A stretch of DNA of 64,000 bases from NCBI GenBank assembly GCA_019456305.1, contig VRUD01000002.1:20118-84117 (forward strand). Direction: 5' to 3'. The notes beneath the pieces were generated by a model that did not search any database, had not been told where the DNA came from, and was given only the letters and a program-made list of their open reading frames with translations. The position numbers were made by a program, and so were the translations under genes. The stretch comes from Cytophagales bacterium. GTDB lineage: Bacteria; Bacteroidota; Bacteroidia; Cytophagales; VRUD01. Numbering within the stretch: position 1 is the stretch's first letter; every line of letters begins with the position of its first letter. Shown here in pieces: positions 1-9,257 of this stretch.

Positions 1-2287
1 CTAGAATAAGCTTATTTGCTCTTACAAACTGATCAGTTTGGAGCCGGTAGAAATACACACCACCCGGAAGCAATTTTCCCTCCTCATTCCGTCCATCCCA
101 CAGAACTGTATATTGCCCTGCGGGTTTTTGCACTTCCACCAAACGCCTGACTGGCTGGCCAAGCTGGTTGTAAATGGTGATGGTAACCAAACCGGCTTTT
201 TTTAATGAATAATTGATCTTTGTTTCGGTGTTAAAAGGGTTTGGGAAAACTTTGAACCGCGGATCATCAGTTATGTCTGCTATTCCCACTACAGATGCTA
301 CATTAATAAACACGAATGCCTTTCCACAACACTGGAATAATGTTCCAGTATCACAAACTTCATAAGCAATAGTATCTATTCCGGTAAAAGTTGAATCCGG
401 AGTGTATTGTATGTTGTCCCCACCCAAAATATTTGCAGTACCATTATTTGGTCCTGTAAGTATGGAAGTTGTTAAAGGGTATCCTTCCCGGTCAATATCA
501 TTTGACTGTACATCTATCACAATCGAAACCGCTGAATCTGTTGTAACAATATCATTATTTGCAATATTGCCAAGCAGAAGTGAATCTAATACAATTAATT
601 TACCTGTGTAACCATGCACAGTATGAACAATATCGTAAGTTCCGGTATTGGTGGGTGTGAACGTAAACATTTTAACTTCACCTGGCAGCACATTACCTTG
701 AGCAGGTGGAACAGGTGCCGTTAGCCAGGGATCAATGCTCACCCAATGCGTATCGTCAAGGCTGATGTTGTAGATTGTAAGGGGAATGTTTTTCAGGGCA
801 CGAATTACAGGAGGGAAATTTTGCTGTTGAGCGTTGCTGTGAATCAGTGAAACTTTATGCTGTCCCATCTGGAGCACCAAAGAATCTACCGCTTTTGCAT
901 TTTCAACAATCACAACATCTCCTGTAAACGCGTGTCCGAGGTTCTTGATCTGATATGTTCCGGTATCTGTGGGCGTGAACTGTACAGTCAGGATTTGTCC
1001 CGGAAGCAGAAAATAGGTAGAAGTGATCCAGGGCAGGATGCTCACGCCATTGATGTGTTCACCCATATCGCTTGTCATTAAGAGCTGTAAAGGTTGTCCG
1101 ACAGGTGAGATAACGGGATCAGGAGAGTAATCAAAATCAAAATAGACCCTTTGAATCACTGATAGAACGTTCACGCATGCCTGGGGCGGGGTTTGGTTAA
1201 GAAGGATTGTCACCGAATTGCCACCAGTGTTGGTCACTGCAAGATCAGGCCGCCCATCGCTGTTGAAATCACCTGATAGAAGGGCCTTTGGAACCAAACC
1301 AACAGTAAAAGTTTCCGCTACGGCAAAACCACCTGTGCCATCTCCGAGCAGCACTACCACGTTATGATTGACTGCATCAGTAACTGCCAGATCATTATTA
1401 CCATCACCATCAAAATCTTCTATGACCACTGCAATCGGACCGCTTCCTGCCACATAAGAGCTGCTTGTAAACCCTCCCAACCCATCGGCAAAAAACACTG
1501 TCACTGTACTATCCAGCACATTAGCCACTGCAATATCAACGATACCGTCCATATTTATATCACCTAATGCGATATCTTTTGGTGAATTGCCAACAGGAAA
1601 TGCAGATTCAATATTAAATGCACCTGTACCATCCCCGGAAAGTATCACCAACGAATCGCCAAGATCATTCCCAACTGCTAAGTCAATGATGGTATCGGTA
1701 TTAAACCAGCCTGCTGCAATCGGCACAGGGCCGTTGCCCGTATAAAAATCACCAACTTTTACAAAACTCCCCAAGCTATCCCCCAGAAAAACGGTGATGT
1801 TATCATCACTACGATTGGTAACTGCCAGGTCAGGATAATCGTCTGCATTGAAGTTAGCAACTGCAATCCAGCGAGGCCCTAAGCCGGTTGCATAGAAAGT
1901 TGGGGGGAGAAAACCTCCGGCACTATCTGCTAAAAACACGGCTATCGTGTTGCTGTCTTTATTGGCAGTAACTACATCCAAAACACCATCTCCATTAAAA
2001 TCGTTAGTGGCAATATTGTGGGGTCCTTTATGGATGGTAGCGATACTATCCTGCAGTATGAAAGTACCTGAACCATCTCCATAGATCAGCGAAATGTTAG
2101 AACCCAGCATGTTTGCAACAGCCAGGTCAGCATTGCCGTCCTGGTTCAACTCTATCAAAACTGCAGAGCGAGGACCCAGGCCAGCCGGTATGGTTGTGGA
2201 TGAAAATTGCAATACCTGAGCTTCTGTGAAAAGTGGTGTGATTGAAAATACGACCAGTAATTCAATCTTATTAATTAAATGTTTCAT
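1..2287 (-). CDS. FG-GAP/VCBS-repeat secreted protein with two cupredoxin-like modules, a cadherin-like domain and a T9SS C-terminal sorting domain (3' end runs off the left edge)
   Basis: Own minus-strand translation from ATG 2287..2285. Signal peptide MKHLINKIELLVVFSITPLFTEAQ. About 7 repeats of the type 'DFNGDGVLDVVTAN / DFDGDGNNDLAVTD / DFNSDGRPDLAVTN'. Cadherin-like 'VQSNDIDREGYPL..IQYTPDSTFTGIDTIAYEVCD'. CTD 'KVFPNPFNTETKINY...GVYFYRLQT'. The frame stays open to nt 1, which is why it is missing from the supplied ORF track. Confidence 0.85.
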   Translation of the reverse strand, partial: MKHLINKIELLVVFSITPLFTEAQVLQFSSTTIPAGLGPRSAVLIELNQDGNADLAVANMLGSNISLIYGDGSGTFILQDSIATIHKGPHNIATNDFNGDGVLDVVTANKDSNTIAVFLADSAGGFLPPTFYATGLGPRWIAVANFNADDYPDLAVTNRSDDNITVFLGDSLGSFVKVGDFYTGNGPVPIAAGWFNTDTIIDLAVGNDLGDSLVILSGDGTGAFNIESAFPVGNSPKDIALGDINMDGIVDIAVANVLDSTVTVFFADGLGGFTSSSYVAGSGPIAVVIEDFDGDGNNDLAVTDAVNHNVVVLLGDGTGGFAVAETFTVGLVPKALLSGDFNSDGRPDLAVTNTGGNSVTILLNQTPPQACVNVLSVIQRVYFDFDYSPDPVISPVGQPLQLLMTSDMGEHINGVSILPWITSTYFLLPGQILTVQFTPTDTGTYQIKNLGHAFTGDVVIVENAKAVDSLVLQMGQHKVSLIHSNAQQQNFPPVIRALKNIPLTIYNISLDDTHWVSIDPWLTAPVPPAQGNVLPGEVKMFTFTPTNTGTYDIVHTVHGYTGKLIVLDSLLLGNIANNDIVTTDSAVSIVIDVQSNDIDREGYPLTTSILTGPNNGTANILGGDNIQYTPDSTFTGIDTIAYEVCDTGTLFQCCGKAFVFINVASVVGIADITDDPRFKVFPNPFNTETKINYSLKKAGLVTITIYNQLGQPVRRLVEVQKPAGQYTVLWDGRNEEGKLLPGGVYFYRLQTDQFVRANKLIL

Positions 2288-2442
2288 GACTGATAAAAAT
2301 TAATTGAAATTATAATATATGATAGAATTGATTTTCATCTCTGATTTTTTTTCTTATCAAATTTTTATATAAATATTAAATTATGACATGCAAATAAATA
2401 TAAATTACTTGTAATTCACAAATATTTGTAATTCGTAATAAT

Positions 2443-2754
2443 TTATACGTCTATTTCAATCCTCAGCAAATGGCTTGCAAAATTTTTCCCCAGCGTATCC
2501 ATCCGCAATGACCTGGATCCACCCCCATCCAGGGCTTTATGACATACAAAGTTAATGGCTTCTATTACCGGCCATTCATAACGAAACACTTTACCTTTTA
2601 TGAGTCCTTTAAAATGTTCCTTAACCTTTTCGGAGGTGAGCTGTTTCTTGATAATTTCATAATGTTCCGGAGATTTTGCAAGCACGCCTATATTGCAAAT
2701 ATCGTTTTTGTCTCCGGATCTGGCGCTGGCGATTTTAAGTAATTTAACTTTCAT
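2443..2754 (-). CDS. AtuA-like ferredoxin-fold small protein (DUF4387-type)
   Basis: 103 aa, 'ASARSGDKNDICNIGV..RYEWPVIEAINFVCHKALDGGGSRSLRMDTLGKNF'. Lies 72 nt downstream of the DUF1446/AtuA gene on the same strand, the usual pairing. Confidence 0.7.
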   Translation of the reverse strand: MKVKLLKIASARSGDKNDICNIGVLAKSPEHYEIIKKQLTSEKVKEHFKGLIKGKVFRYEWPVIEAINFVCHKALDGGGSRSLRMDTLGKNFASHLLRIEIDV

Positions 2755-2826
2755 CTGTCTAAATCAATGATTAGTTCTAATACGCATAGTACATAGCGTA
2801 GAACGTTTATTACCATGCGCTATGCG

Positions 2827-4374
2827 CTAAGTTTTCAAAATTTCAACCTTTTCCTCAACCAATTCCCTTGGAATCAGCGTTGGCCATAAACTCAGCAAAG
2901 TCCTATTTGTCTTACCCCAGCCGGGCATACTGTTCATACCCGGAGGACCGTTTAATGCCAGGCATACAATGGATTGCATCGCTATTTTCCCAACTTTAGG
3001 CTCCTGATGTTTTATCACAAGTCGTACCCCAATTTCATTTAAGTCTTCCTTTTCTTTGTCTGTTGGTATGGGCGCTGCACTTCCGTGAATACCGTTTATT
3101 CCGATAAAGGAATATTCAAACCGTTCAATTTTTGCTGGGTTCCGGACACTGCCTGCCTGCCGAAACCTTGGCGCAGGCAGGGATACTGGACCCGCCTGCC
3201 ATAGGCCTTTGGCGGGCAGGTGTCGGTTACTACTACTGCTACTGCCACTTTCACCTTTCCTACCGTTTGTGTTTTCTAATAGATGTAAATCACTCCAAAT
3301 TTTCTCTACGGCTTTGATGAACATTTGTGCTTTTTTGTAAGCATAGGGCCAGGAAAAGAAGAAAAATTGTTCACTTACATATCCTTCCATCAACCCGATG
3401 GTCATTTTTAAAAGTTCAGGCCTTGGTTTACCTTTAACTCCTGAAAATCGTACTTTGTTTTTATCAATATCTTCAATTTTGACTTCTGTCAGATCTACTA
3501 TTACGTCAGGAGTAATGTAATTGGCCGGGTCGTGAATTTCATAAATCAACTGCTCTCTTAAAGTATTTCTTGAAACTTTGCCACCCTGGCTTTCTAATTT
3601 TGTGAAAATTGCAGAGCCATCTTCCGAAACTTCTGCAATCGGATAACCCAGGTTGCTAATTTTATAATCCATGGGCCATTCAGCATAAGAATTTCCCCCG
3701 GATGCCTGTCCACCACATTCCAGTAAGTGCCCGATGGCGATACCACTGGCGAGAAGCCCCCCCGAGGGGGGGGAATTATTATCAAAATCCAATTTCCATC
3801 CAAAATGATGTATCAATATTCCCAATGTTAAGCAAGGATCGGCAACTCTGCCAGCCAAAATAATATCAGCTCCCTTGTCAAGCGCTTTGGCAATAGTTGA
3901 TGCACCGAGATATACGTTCGCATGTGTAGGCTGATATGGAGAAGATGAAAGAGGTTCACCTGAATCCATATTTTCTAGTTTATACCCGTTATTTTGCAAT
4001 TGCTTTAACTTAGGGAAAAAATCATCACCGGAAATCGTTGCGATCTTTAAACCTACAACGCCTTGTTTTTGGAGTATGGCAGCAACTTTTTTTGCAGCGC
4101 TCTCTGGATTGAGGCCTCCGGAGTTCGTAACTATTTTAATCCCATTTTTATAAGCTAACGGGAACAGGTTGGTTGCCATTAACTCAATATCTCTTGCATA
4201 TCCCAGATTGGGGTCTTTTAACCTGTCTTTTTGGAGAATAGACAGGGTCAATTCTGCCAAAGCATCATGTACTACATAATCTGCTGCTTTTTCTTTAACT
4301 ATAGCCATGGCAGCCGTGCTGCTGTCACCGTAAAAACCCTGGCCGGCTGCGATTCTGATAGGTGATTTGGTCAT
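2827..4374 (-). CDS. Acyclic terpene utilisation AtuA-family protein (DUF1446) carrying an in-frame repeat insertion
   Basis: 515 aa. N-terminus 'IRIAAGQGFYGDS', then 'ILAGRVADP', 'GHLLECGGQASGGN'. A low-complexity block 'GESGSSSSSNRHLPAKGLWQAGPVSLPAPRFRQAGSVRNP' is encoded by palindromic repeats at about 3128..3250. Confidence 0.8.
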   Translation of the reverse strand: MTKSPIRIAAGQGFYGDSSTAAMAIVKEKAADYVVHDALAELTLSILQKDRLKDPNLGYARDIELMATNLFPLAYKNGIKIVTNSGGLNPESAAKKVAAILQKQGVVGLKIATISGDDFFPKLKQLQNNGYKLENMDSGEPLSSSPYQPTHANVYLGASTIAKALDKGADIILAGRVADPCLTLGILIHHFGWKLDFDNNSPPSGGLLASGIAIGHLLECGGQASGGNSYAEWPMDYKISNLGYPIAEVSEDGSAIFTKLESQGGKVSRNTLREQLIYEIHDPANYITPDVIVDLTEVKIEDIDKNKVRFSGVKGKPRPELLKMTIGLMEGYVSEQFFFFSWPYAYKKAQMFIKAVEKIWSDLHLLENTNGRKGESGSSSSSNRHLPAKGLWQAGPVSLPAPRFRQAGSVRNPAKIERFEYSFIGINGIHGSAAPIPTDKEKEDLNEIGVRLVIKHQEPKVGKIAMQSIVCLALNGPPGMNSMPGWGKTNRTLLSLWPTLIPRELVEEKVEILKT

Positions 4375-4506
4375 GGTTTCAAGATGTAAGGTAATAAGGA
4401 AATAAAGGTATTGAGGTATAATTTAATTACATTGGAGATAACTATTGCGGGTCTCAACTTCGCCCTTTGGGGTTTATCTGAAAAAGGATATTTGACTGTA
4501 ATAATA

Positions 4507-4761
4507 TCACCTTGTTTGTACATCTGATCTGTTTTTCAAAAATTCATCCCAATGGTCGTTTTTAGGGTTTTCCCAAATATCTCCAAAAGACTCATTTGCC
4601 ATTGCTGATAGTTCATCTGCAATAGTAGTGTGTTGGTTGTTTAAATGCTCTTTCAATATTGGCTTTTGAGCAGTTTCCTGCTTTATTTTAGCCAAAAACT
4701 TAACCCTTTCAATAGTGGGTAAAGTATTGTAAAGTTTAAGTAAATTTGATGCTGTTTCCAT
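4507..4761 (-). CDS. Hypothetical small protein (antitoxin-like C-terminal 'FGxW...D..DEF' pattern)
   Basis: 84-aa ORF with a TAnnTTTG box 24 nt upstream (4785..4792). The tail 'ESFGDIWENPKNDHWDEFLKNR' resembles small antitoxin-type proteins. No partner gene is present. Confidence 0.45.
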   Translation of the reverse strand: METASNLLKLYNTLPTIERVKFLAKIKQETAQKPILKEHLNNQHTTIADELSAMANESFGDIWENPKNDHWDEFLKNRSDVQTR

Positions 4762-4784
4762 TATCTTAATAATAATTAATTTTG

Positions 4785-4792
4785 CAAATATA
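4785..4792 (-). promoter_or_regulatory. Bacteroidota sigma-A -7 box (TAnnTTTG)
   Basis: Plus strand caaatata equals TATATTTG on the minus strand, 24 nt upstream of ATG 4761. Confidence 0.5.
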
Positions 4793-4805
4793 ATAAAAAA
4801 TTTAG

Positions 4806-5642
4806 TTATTTTGTTAAAAACGCTTTCACATCTCTTGCAGATTGCCCTGGGATCTCTTCCATTGGTATATGCCCCACTTCTTCATAGACGATCAGCTCAG
4901 CATTTGGAAGCTCATTCTTAAAACGATGGGCATGTTCAAGAGGTATCCATTTGTCTTCCGCACCCCATAGAATGAGCGCTGGGGATTTTATATTTTTTAT
5001 GTCTTCCTCATTTCTTTCAAATTTTGTATTGGCTATGGAGATAAAAGCATCACGGTTGCCATCCATTAAAAACAGGTCTTGATAACGATCAATGATCTGG
5101 TCTGTTATCTTTGTTTGGTCACAGTAAACCTCTTTTAAGAATCTTTCAACCATATTACGCGGAGTTATATATTTAATGAGTTTATTTAAAAAAGGTGTTT
5201 GTGCCATTTTAAAAGGCAGTGGAAAATCTTTTCTTTCAATATATCCTGCTGAACCAATCAATATCATTTTACGGATACTTGCAGGATATTCCAGGACAAA
5301 TTCCCAGGCAATCCACCCGCCTAATGAGCTGCCTGCGATGTCACATTGCTCTATGCCAAGGTTTTGAAGAAATGTGTGCAGGCATGACATATAAGTATCT
5401 CTTGTGTAGTCAGTAGCAGCAGTTGATCCGGTCAATCCAAAACCGGGAAGATCAAGTCTGATAATCCTGTAATCTTTGGCTAATGCATGAGCCCAGTCAT
5501 CAAAAGTGTGGAGTGAAGAAAATGCTCCGTGAAGTAGTAATAAGGGAAACCCTTCCCCCTCGTCACGGTAATGCACCTGTATCCCATCAATATCCATAAA
5601 CCTGGAATGTTCATTGATGTATTTTTCTTTGAGTTTTTCCAT
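4806..5642 (-). CDS. Alpha/beta-fold hydrolase
   Basis: 278 aa. 'LLLLHGAFSS' oxyanion region, nucleophile elbow 'GSSLGG', C-terminal 'VGHIPMEE'. Confidence 0.85.
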   Translation of the reverse strand: MEKLKEKYINEHSRFMDIDGIQVHYRDEGEGFPLLLLHGAFSSLHTFDDWAHALAKDYRIIRLDLPGFGLTGSTAATDYTRDTYMSCLHTFLQNLGIEQCDIAGSSLGGWIAWEFVLEYPASIRKMILIGSAGYIERKDFPLPFKMAQTPFLNKLIKYITPRNMVERFLKEVYCDQTKITDQIIDRYQDLFLMDGNRDAFISIANTKFERNEEDIKNIKSPALILWGAEDKWIPLEHAHRFKNELPNAELIVYEEVGHIPMEEIPGQSARDVKAFLTK

Positions 5643-5651
5643 ATACTAATA

Positions 5652-6020
5652 TCCGATGCAAATATACGAATTTATACTAATGACACGAATAGGGTATAAT
5701 GCTAATATACTAATTAAATATAAAATACTTAAAATGCCTAAAATTTATGCCACAAAAACTCTAAAATCACTAAACCCCCACACCAAAATATACAATTTTA
5801 TATTTACATTATTTATCTTAGAGTTTTGGTGTGTGGGTAAATCACACAAAATTTTTTAGTGAAATTTCGTGTTTTTGTGCTTTAGTGGCGATTTTTTTAT
5901 TTTAGGCATTTTAAATTTTACATTTTAGGCATTTTTTTTATTAGTATCATTAGTCCCGAGTACTCGGGATTAGCATTTTATACTAGTATCATTAGTATTC
6001 ATTCGTATATTGGCATCGGT
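5652..6020. repeat. Composite nested inverted-repeat region (MITE-like)
   Basis: Terminal arms ccgatgcaaatatacgaat.. (5652) and ..attcgtatattggcatcgg (6020) are about 80% complementary over 38 nt. The inner part holds gccacaaaaac/ttttgtgc-type arms and a central CCCGAGTACTCGGG (5955..5968). Confidence 0.75.
5659..5666 (-). promoter_or_regulatory. -7 box TATATTTG carried inside the CCGATGCAAATATACGAA repeat
   Basis: 17 nt upstream of the hydrolase ATG (5642). Confidence 0.45.
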
Positions 6021-6076
6021 GATTCGTATTAAAGCAATATCTTACGATTTATAAAATTAAAAGTTATTTTTGTACA

Positions 6077-7237
6077 ATGAAAATCTCTAAAATAAACACA
6101 AAAGATCTTTCCGAATCTGAATTAGCCATATTAATTGAAAAAAACAAAAAGATCTATACTGAATTCTACGATTTTCCATATTTAAAAAGTATCATTAACA
6201 ATATAAGTGATTTTATTGATAAATATTACTTCAGGTCAAAATTTATTGGCTTTGAAAATATGCCCCAGAGAAACAATCCTGACACCCCTTTAATATATGC
6301 CAGTAATCATTCGGGTATGGCTTTTCCCTGGGATGGGATGATCCTCGGTGCCGGGTTGTTGAAAATGAATAATTACAATCTCTATAACTCAGTACGCGTT
6401 TTGGCAGCGCCTATGCTTTCTGAAACTCCTTTAATGAATGCCTATTTAATCCAGGATCTATGGAAAAGATGTGGTAGCGTTGATGCCACTTCATTGAATT
6501 TTGAGACTATGATGCATTATAAAGATGCTAACCTGTTAATATATCCTGAGGGTGTACCCGGCATTGGCAAGGGCTTCAACAAACGCTATCACCTGCAAAG
6601 ATTTGCCACCTCTTTTATCCGAATGAGCATCAAATACAAAACCGATATTATTCCATTTGCAACTGTAAATGGTGAATATATTAATCCATATAGTTATAAG
6701 TCAATTAAAGTAAACAGGATAGTGAATAAAATTGGCATTCCCTTTCTTCCCTTAGGCCTTTCTACCCTGGGTATTATTTTACAGCCGTGGGTATTTTATT
6801 GTGCCTTCCCGGCAAATCTCACCTACGTGATGGGTAAAAGGATAAAACCCTACGAGATGACTGATAAACCGTTTGAGAAAATCGGAAGGGACGATCTTGT
6901 CCGAATAGCAAATAGCGTCAGGCGTCAAATGCAGCAGGAATTGATTGAAGCTGTTAGAAAATATGGACAAAAACCTTATAGGGCGAAAGAATTCTTCTCA
7001 ATCACTATAAAAAATCTTTCAAAAGCATTTTATTTTTCCCCAACCGGCTGGCCGCTGATTTTTTTGGAACATGAAAGGCTTTATAAGAAAAGTAAAGGAA
7101 AGCAGGTAAATATGAAAATAAGATTCTTTTCTTTTATCAAAATGATCTTTATGAACCCAGGAGCTATGACCTTTTACCTGCCTGTGATTGGCTGGATACC
7201 TATTATTTGGTGGGTTTTCAGGAGGCGTAGGGCGTAG
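6077..7237 (+). CDS. Putative phospholipid/glycerol acyltransferase (PlsC-like), membrane-anchored C-terminus
   Basis: 386 aa. 'YASNHSGMAFPWDG' and 'LIYPEGVPG' blocks resemble LPLAT motifs I and III (motif I is non-canonical). The C-terminal tail 'FRRRRA' is encoded by the GCGTAGGGCG repeat. Confidence 0.5.
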   Translation: MKISKINTKDLSESELAILIEKNKKIYTEFYDFPYLKSIINNISDFIDKYYFRSKFIGFENMPQRNNPDTPLIYASNHSGMAFPWDGMILGAGLLKMNNYNLYNSVRVLAAPMLSETPLMNAYLIQDLWKRCGSVDATSLNFETMMHYKDANLLIYPEGVPGIGKGFNKRYHLQRFATSFIRMSIKYKTDIIPFATVNGEYINPYSYKSIKVNRIVNKIGIPFLPLGLSTLGIILQPWVFYCAFPANLTYVMGKRIKPYEMTDKPFEKIGRDDLVRIANSVRRQMQQELIEAVRKYGQKPYRAKEFFSITIKNLSKAFYFSPTGWPLIFLEHERLYKKSKGKQVNMKIRFFSFIKMIFMNPGAMTFYLPVIGWIPIIWWVFRRRRA

Positions 7238-7325
7238 GGCGCATAGAGCATGGCGTATAGCTCCGTGAGTATAGTAGCTGTTAGCTGTTAGCTTTTAGCA
7301 ATAGATTTGATAACACAATATCAAA

Positions 7326-7512
7326 ATGAAGAACTTTAGAAGATTGAAAATTTGGGAACGAGGAATGGAATCTGTTAGCTTTTAGCTATTAGCTTTTGGC
7401 TTTTAGCTAACAGCCAACAGCTAACAGCTAACAGCTTTTTGAAGGGTTGCATGAAGAGCAACGCATGATCAACAGTTTCATTATTACACTGAAATTAACA
7501 GCTAACAGCTAA
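7326..7512 (+). pseudogene. Gutted four-helix-bundle (23S rRNA intervening-sequence protein family) gene
   Basis: N-terminal 'MKNFRRLKIWERGME' (7326..) runs straight into a stop. The C-terminal fragment '..EGLHEEQRMINSFIITLK' (7441..7512) follows. The middle is replaced by AGCTGTTAGC / AGCTAACAGC inverted arrays. Confidence 0.6.
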
Positions 7513-7597
7513 AAGCCCTTAACTAATGATAACCCGTAGCAATCGTAACTGATTAGTTACATAATTTATTATCTATGTGTAATTAGAAAATTTCATG

Positions 7598-7605
7598 TAC
7601 CTTTG
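7598..7605 (+). promoter_or_regulatory. -7 box TACCTTTG
   Basis: 16 nt upstream of ATG 7621. Confidence 0.45.
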
Positions 7606-7620
7606 TAAAAAAACAGAACG

Positions 7621-7992
7621 ATGAATACTTATCTCACACAGGCAAAGAACTTATATCTTCTCTCAAAAGAAGAATTTAATAAAGCAAAACGGCTGAATAA
7701 TAATGAAGTCGCACGCGATGCAAGCGGAAAAGCATGGATAGCGACCACGGATGCGCTGCGTGGATTTTTGCTCTCCTGCGGCTTGAAAGAAAAACAATTA
7801 CCGAAAAGCGAGCGCCAACGCCACGATATGATGGCGCAATACTGTAATGAACAAATGCTCTTCTCCTATTATTTTATAAGGAGTGAACTCCACGAAAACG
7901 CTTATTATGAAGGGATGATAAATTATATGTTGCTTTTTAAAGCGATGAATGAAGTAAAAAAATTTATTCACCGCTGCGGCAACGGGGGCTAA
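7621..7992 (+). CDS. PaREP1/DUF5618-like helical protein
   Basis: 123 aa. 'ASGKAWIATTDALRGFL...SELHENAYYEG' fits the PaREP1-type pattern (EKxWxA...LHxNxY). TACCTTTG box at 7598..7605. Confidence 0.45.
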   Translation: MNTYLTQAKNLYLLSKEEFNKAKRLNNNEVARDASGKAWIATTDALRGFLLSCGLKEKQLPKSERQRHDMMAQYCNEQMLFSYYFIRSELHENAYYEGMINYMLLFKAMNEVKKFIHRCGNGG

Positions 7993-8052
7993 ATCTTCCT
8001 AAGAAAATATAAAGTGTCTCTGATTCATATCAAACATAACCACTAACAACAA

Positions 8053-9234
8053 ATGACCACAAACCCCTTTACTGAAGAGCACGAACTGCTCAGGCAATCG
8101 ATCAGAAAATTCATTGAAAAAGAGATCATACCAAACGTGGAAGAATGGGAAAAAAATAATATCTGCAGTAAAGATGTTTTCAAAAAAATGGGTGAGCATG
8201 GATTTTTTGGTGTGACATTCCCTGAAAAGTACGAGGGCAGCGGCATGAATTTCTGGTCTGCCGTGGTAATTACTGACGAATTGGCGCAGGCAAATATTGG
8301 CGGTCTGGCAATGTCGTTATATGCTCATACCTATTTGCCTCTTCCTTTAATAAATGTAATCGGTACAGAGGAGCAAAAGGAAAATTACCTTGTACCCGCT
8401 TTAAAAGGTGAAAAAATAGCTGCTTTGGGCATTACAGAACCCGGAGCCGGTTCGGATGTGGGGGGAATTACCACAACAGCCAAAGATATGGGCGACCATT
8501 ACCTGGTCAACGGGTCAAAAACGTTCATCACCAATGGTACAATGGCTGACTTTGTTGTTTTGGTAGTGCGTACTGATGAGAAAAATTTGTCGCTCTTAAT
8601 ATTTGATACAAACACAGAAGGATTTTCTGCCACACCGATCCGTAATAAGCTCGGCATGCACACCTCAGACACTGCGCAATTATTTTTTGAAAATTGCAAG
8701 GTACCTAAGTCAGCATTGATAGGAAAAGAAGGGTACGGATTTTATTACATCATGAATAATTTCCAGGAAGAAAGGCTGCTTGCTGCCGTAACAAGCACTT
8801 TTATTGCTGATTGGGCATTTAAAAAAGCAAAGCAGTACACGGTGGAGCGCAAGGCTTTTGGCAGGCTGATAAGTGATTTTCAGGTGATAAGGCATAAATT
8901 AGCGCAAATGGCTGTGACGGTTGAAGCTTGCCGCTCAATCTCTTATCGTGCGGTTGCTGAGTTTATTGAAAAGGGCAATAAGGCCGAAAAGATCATCACA
9001 ATGGCTAAAGCCTTTACCTCCGAAGAATGTATGAAAGTGATCAATGACGCTTTGCAATTGCACGGAGGCGTTGGTTATACTGAAGATTACGGCATAGCAA
9101 GGGCATGGAGGGACGCCCGCCTCATATCAATCGGTGCCGGCACAACCCAGATCATGCACGAGATCCTGGGTAAAATAATTTTAGACGAAGTGGAGCATAA
9201 AGATCAATTAAGACAATTTGCGAATGTCGAATGA
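8053..9234 (+). CDS. Acyl-CoA dehydrogenase
   Basis: 393 aa. 'GITEPGAGSDVGG', 'NGSKTFITNG', 'ALQLHGGVGYTEDYGIARAWRDARLISIGAGTTQIM'. Confidence 0.95.
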   Translation: MTTNPFTEEHELLRQSIRKFIEKEIIPNVEEWEKNNICSKDVFKKMGEHGFFGVTFPEKYEGSGMNFWSAVVITDELAQANIGGLAMSLYAHTYLPLPLINVIGTEEQKENYLVPALKGEKIAALGITEPGAGSDVGGITTTAKDMGDHYLVNGSKTFITNGTMADFVVLVVRTDEKNLSLLIFDTNTEGFSATPIRNKLGMHTSDTAQLFFENCKVPKSALIGKEGYGFYYIMNNFQEERLLAAVTSTFIADWAFKKAKQYTVERKAFGRLISDFQVIRHKLAQMAVTVEACRSISYRAVAEFIEKGNKAEKIITMAKAFTSEECMKVINDALQLHGGVGYTEDYGIARAWRDARLISIGAGTTQIMHEILGKIILDEVEHKDQLRQFANVE

Positions 9235-9257
9235 TGATTTACGATTATCATTTAATA

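Noticed and set aside
5656-5859. ORFs lying in repeat composites (5656..5859, 13137..13361, 32089..32286, 32184..32420, 29293..29565, 19705..19899)
   Set aside because: They are encoded entirely by palindromic or dispersed repeats ('PKMPKIYATKTLK', 'MPLKHQSTKSHKTLK', 'CRLPTANCRL'). Both strands give similar junk peptides, so there is no coding evidence.
6065-6072. TAnnTTTG-like boxes only 5 nt from the start codons at 6077 and 53547 (53535..53542)
   Set aside because: They are too close to the ATG for a normal -7 element unless the mRNAs are leaderless. They are not reported as promoters.
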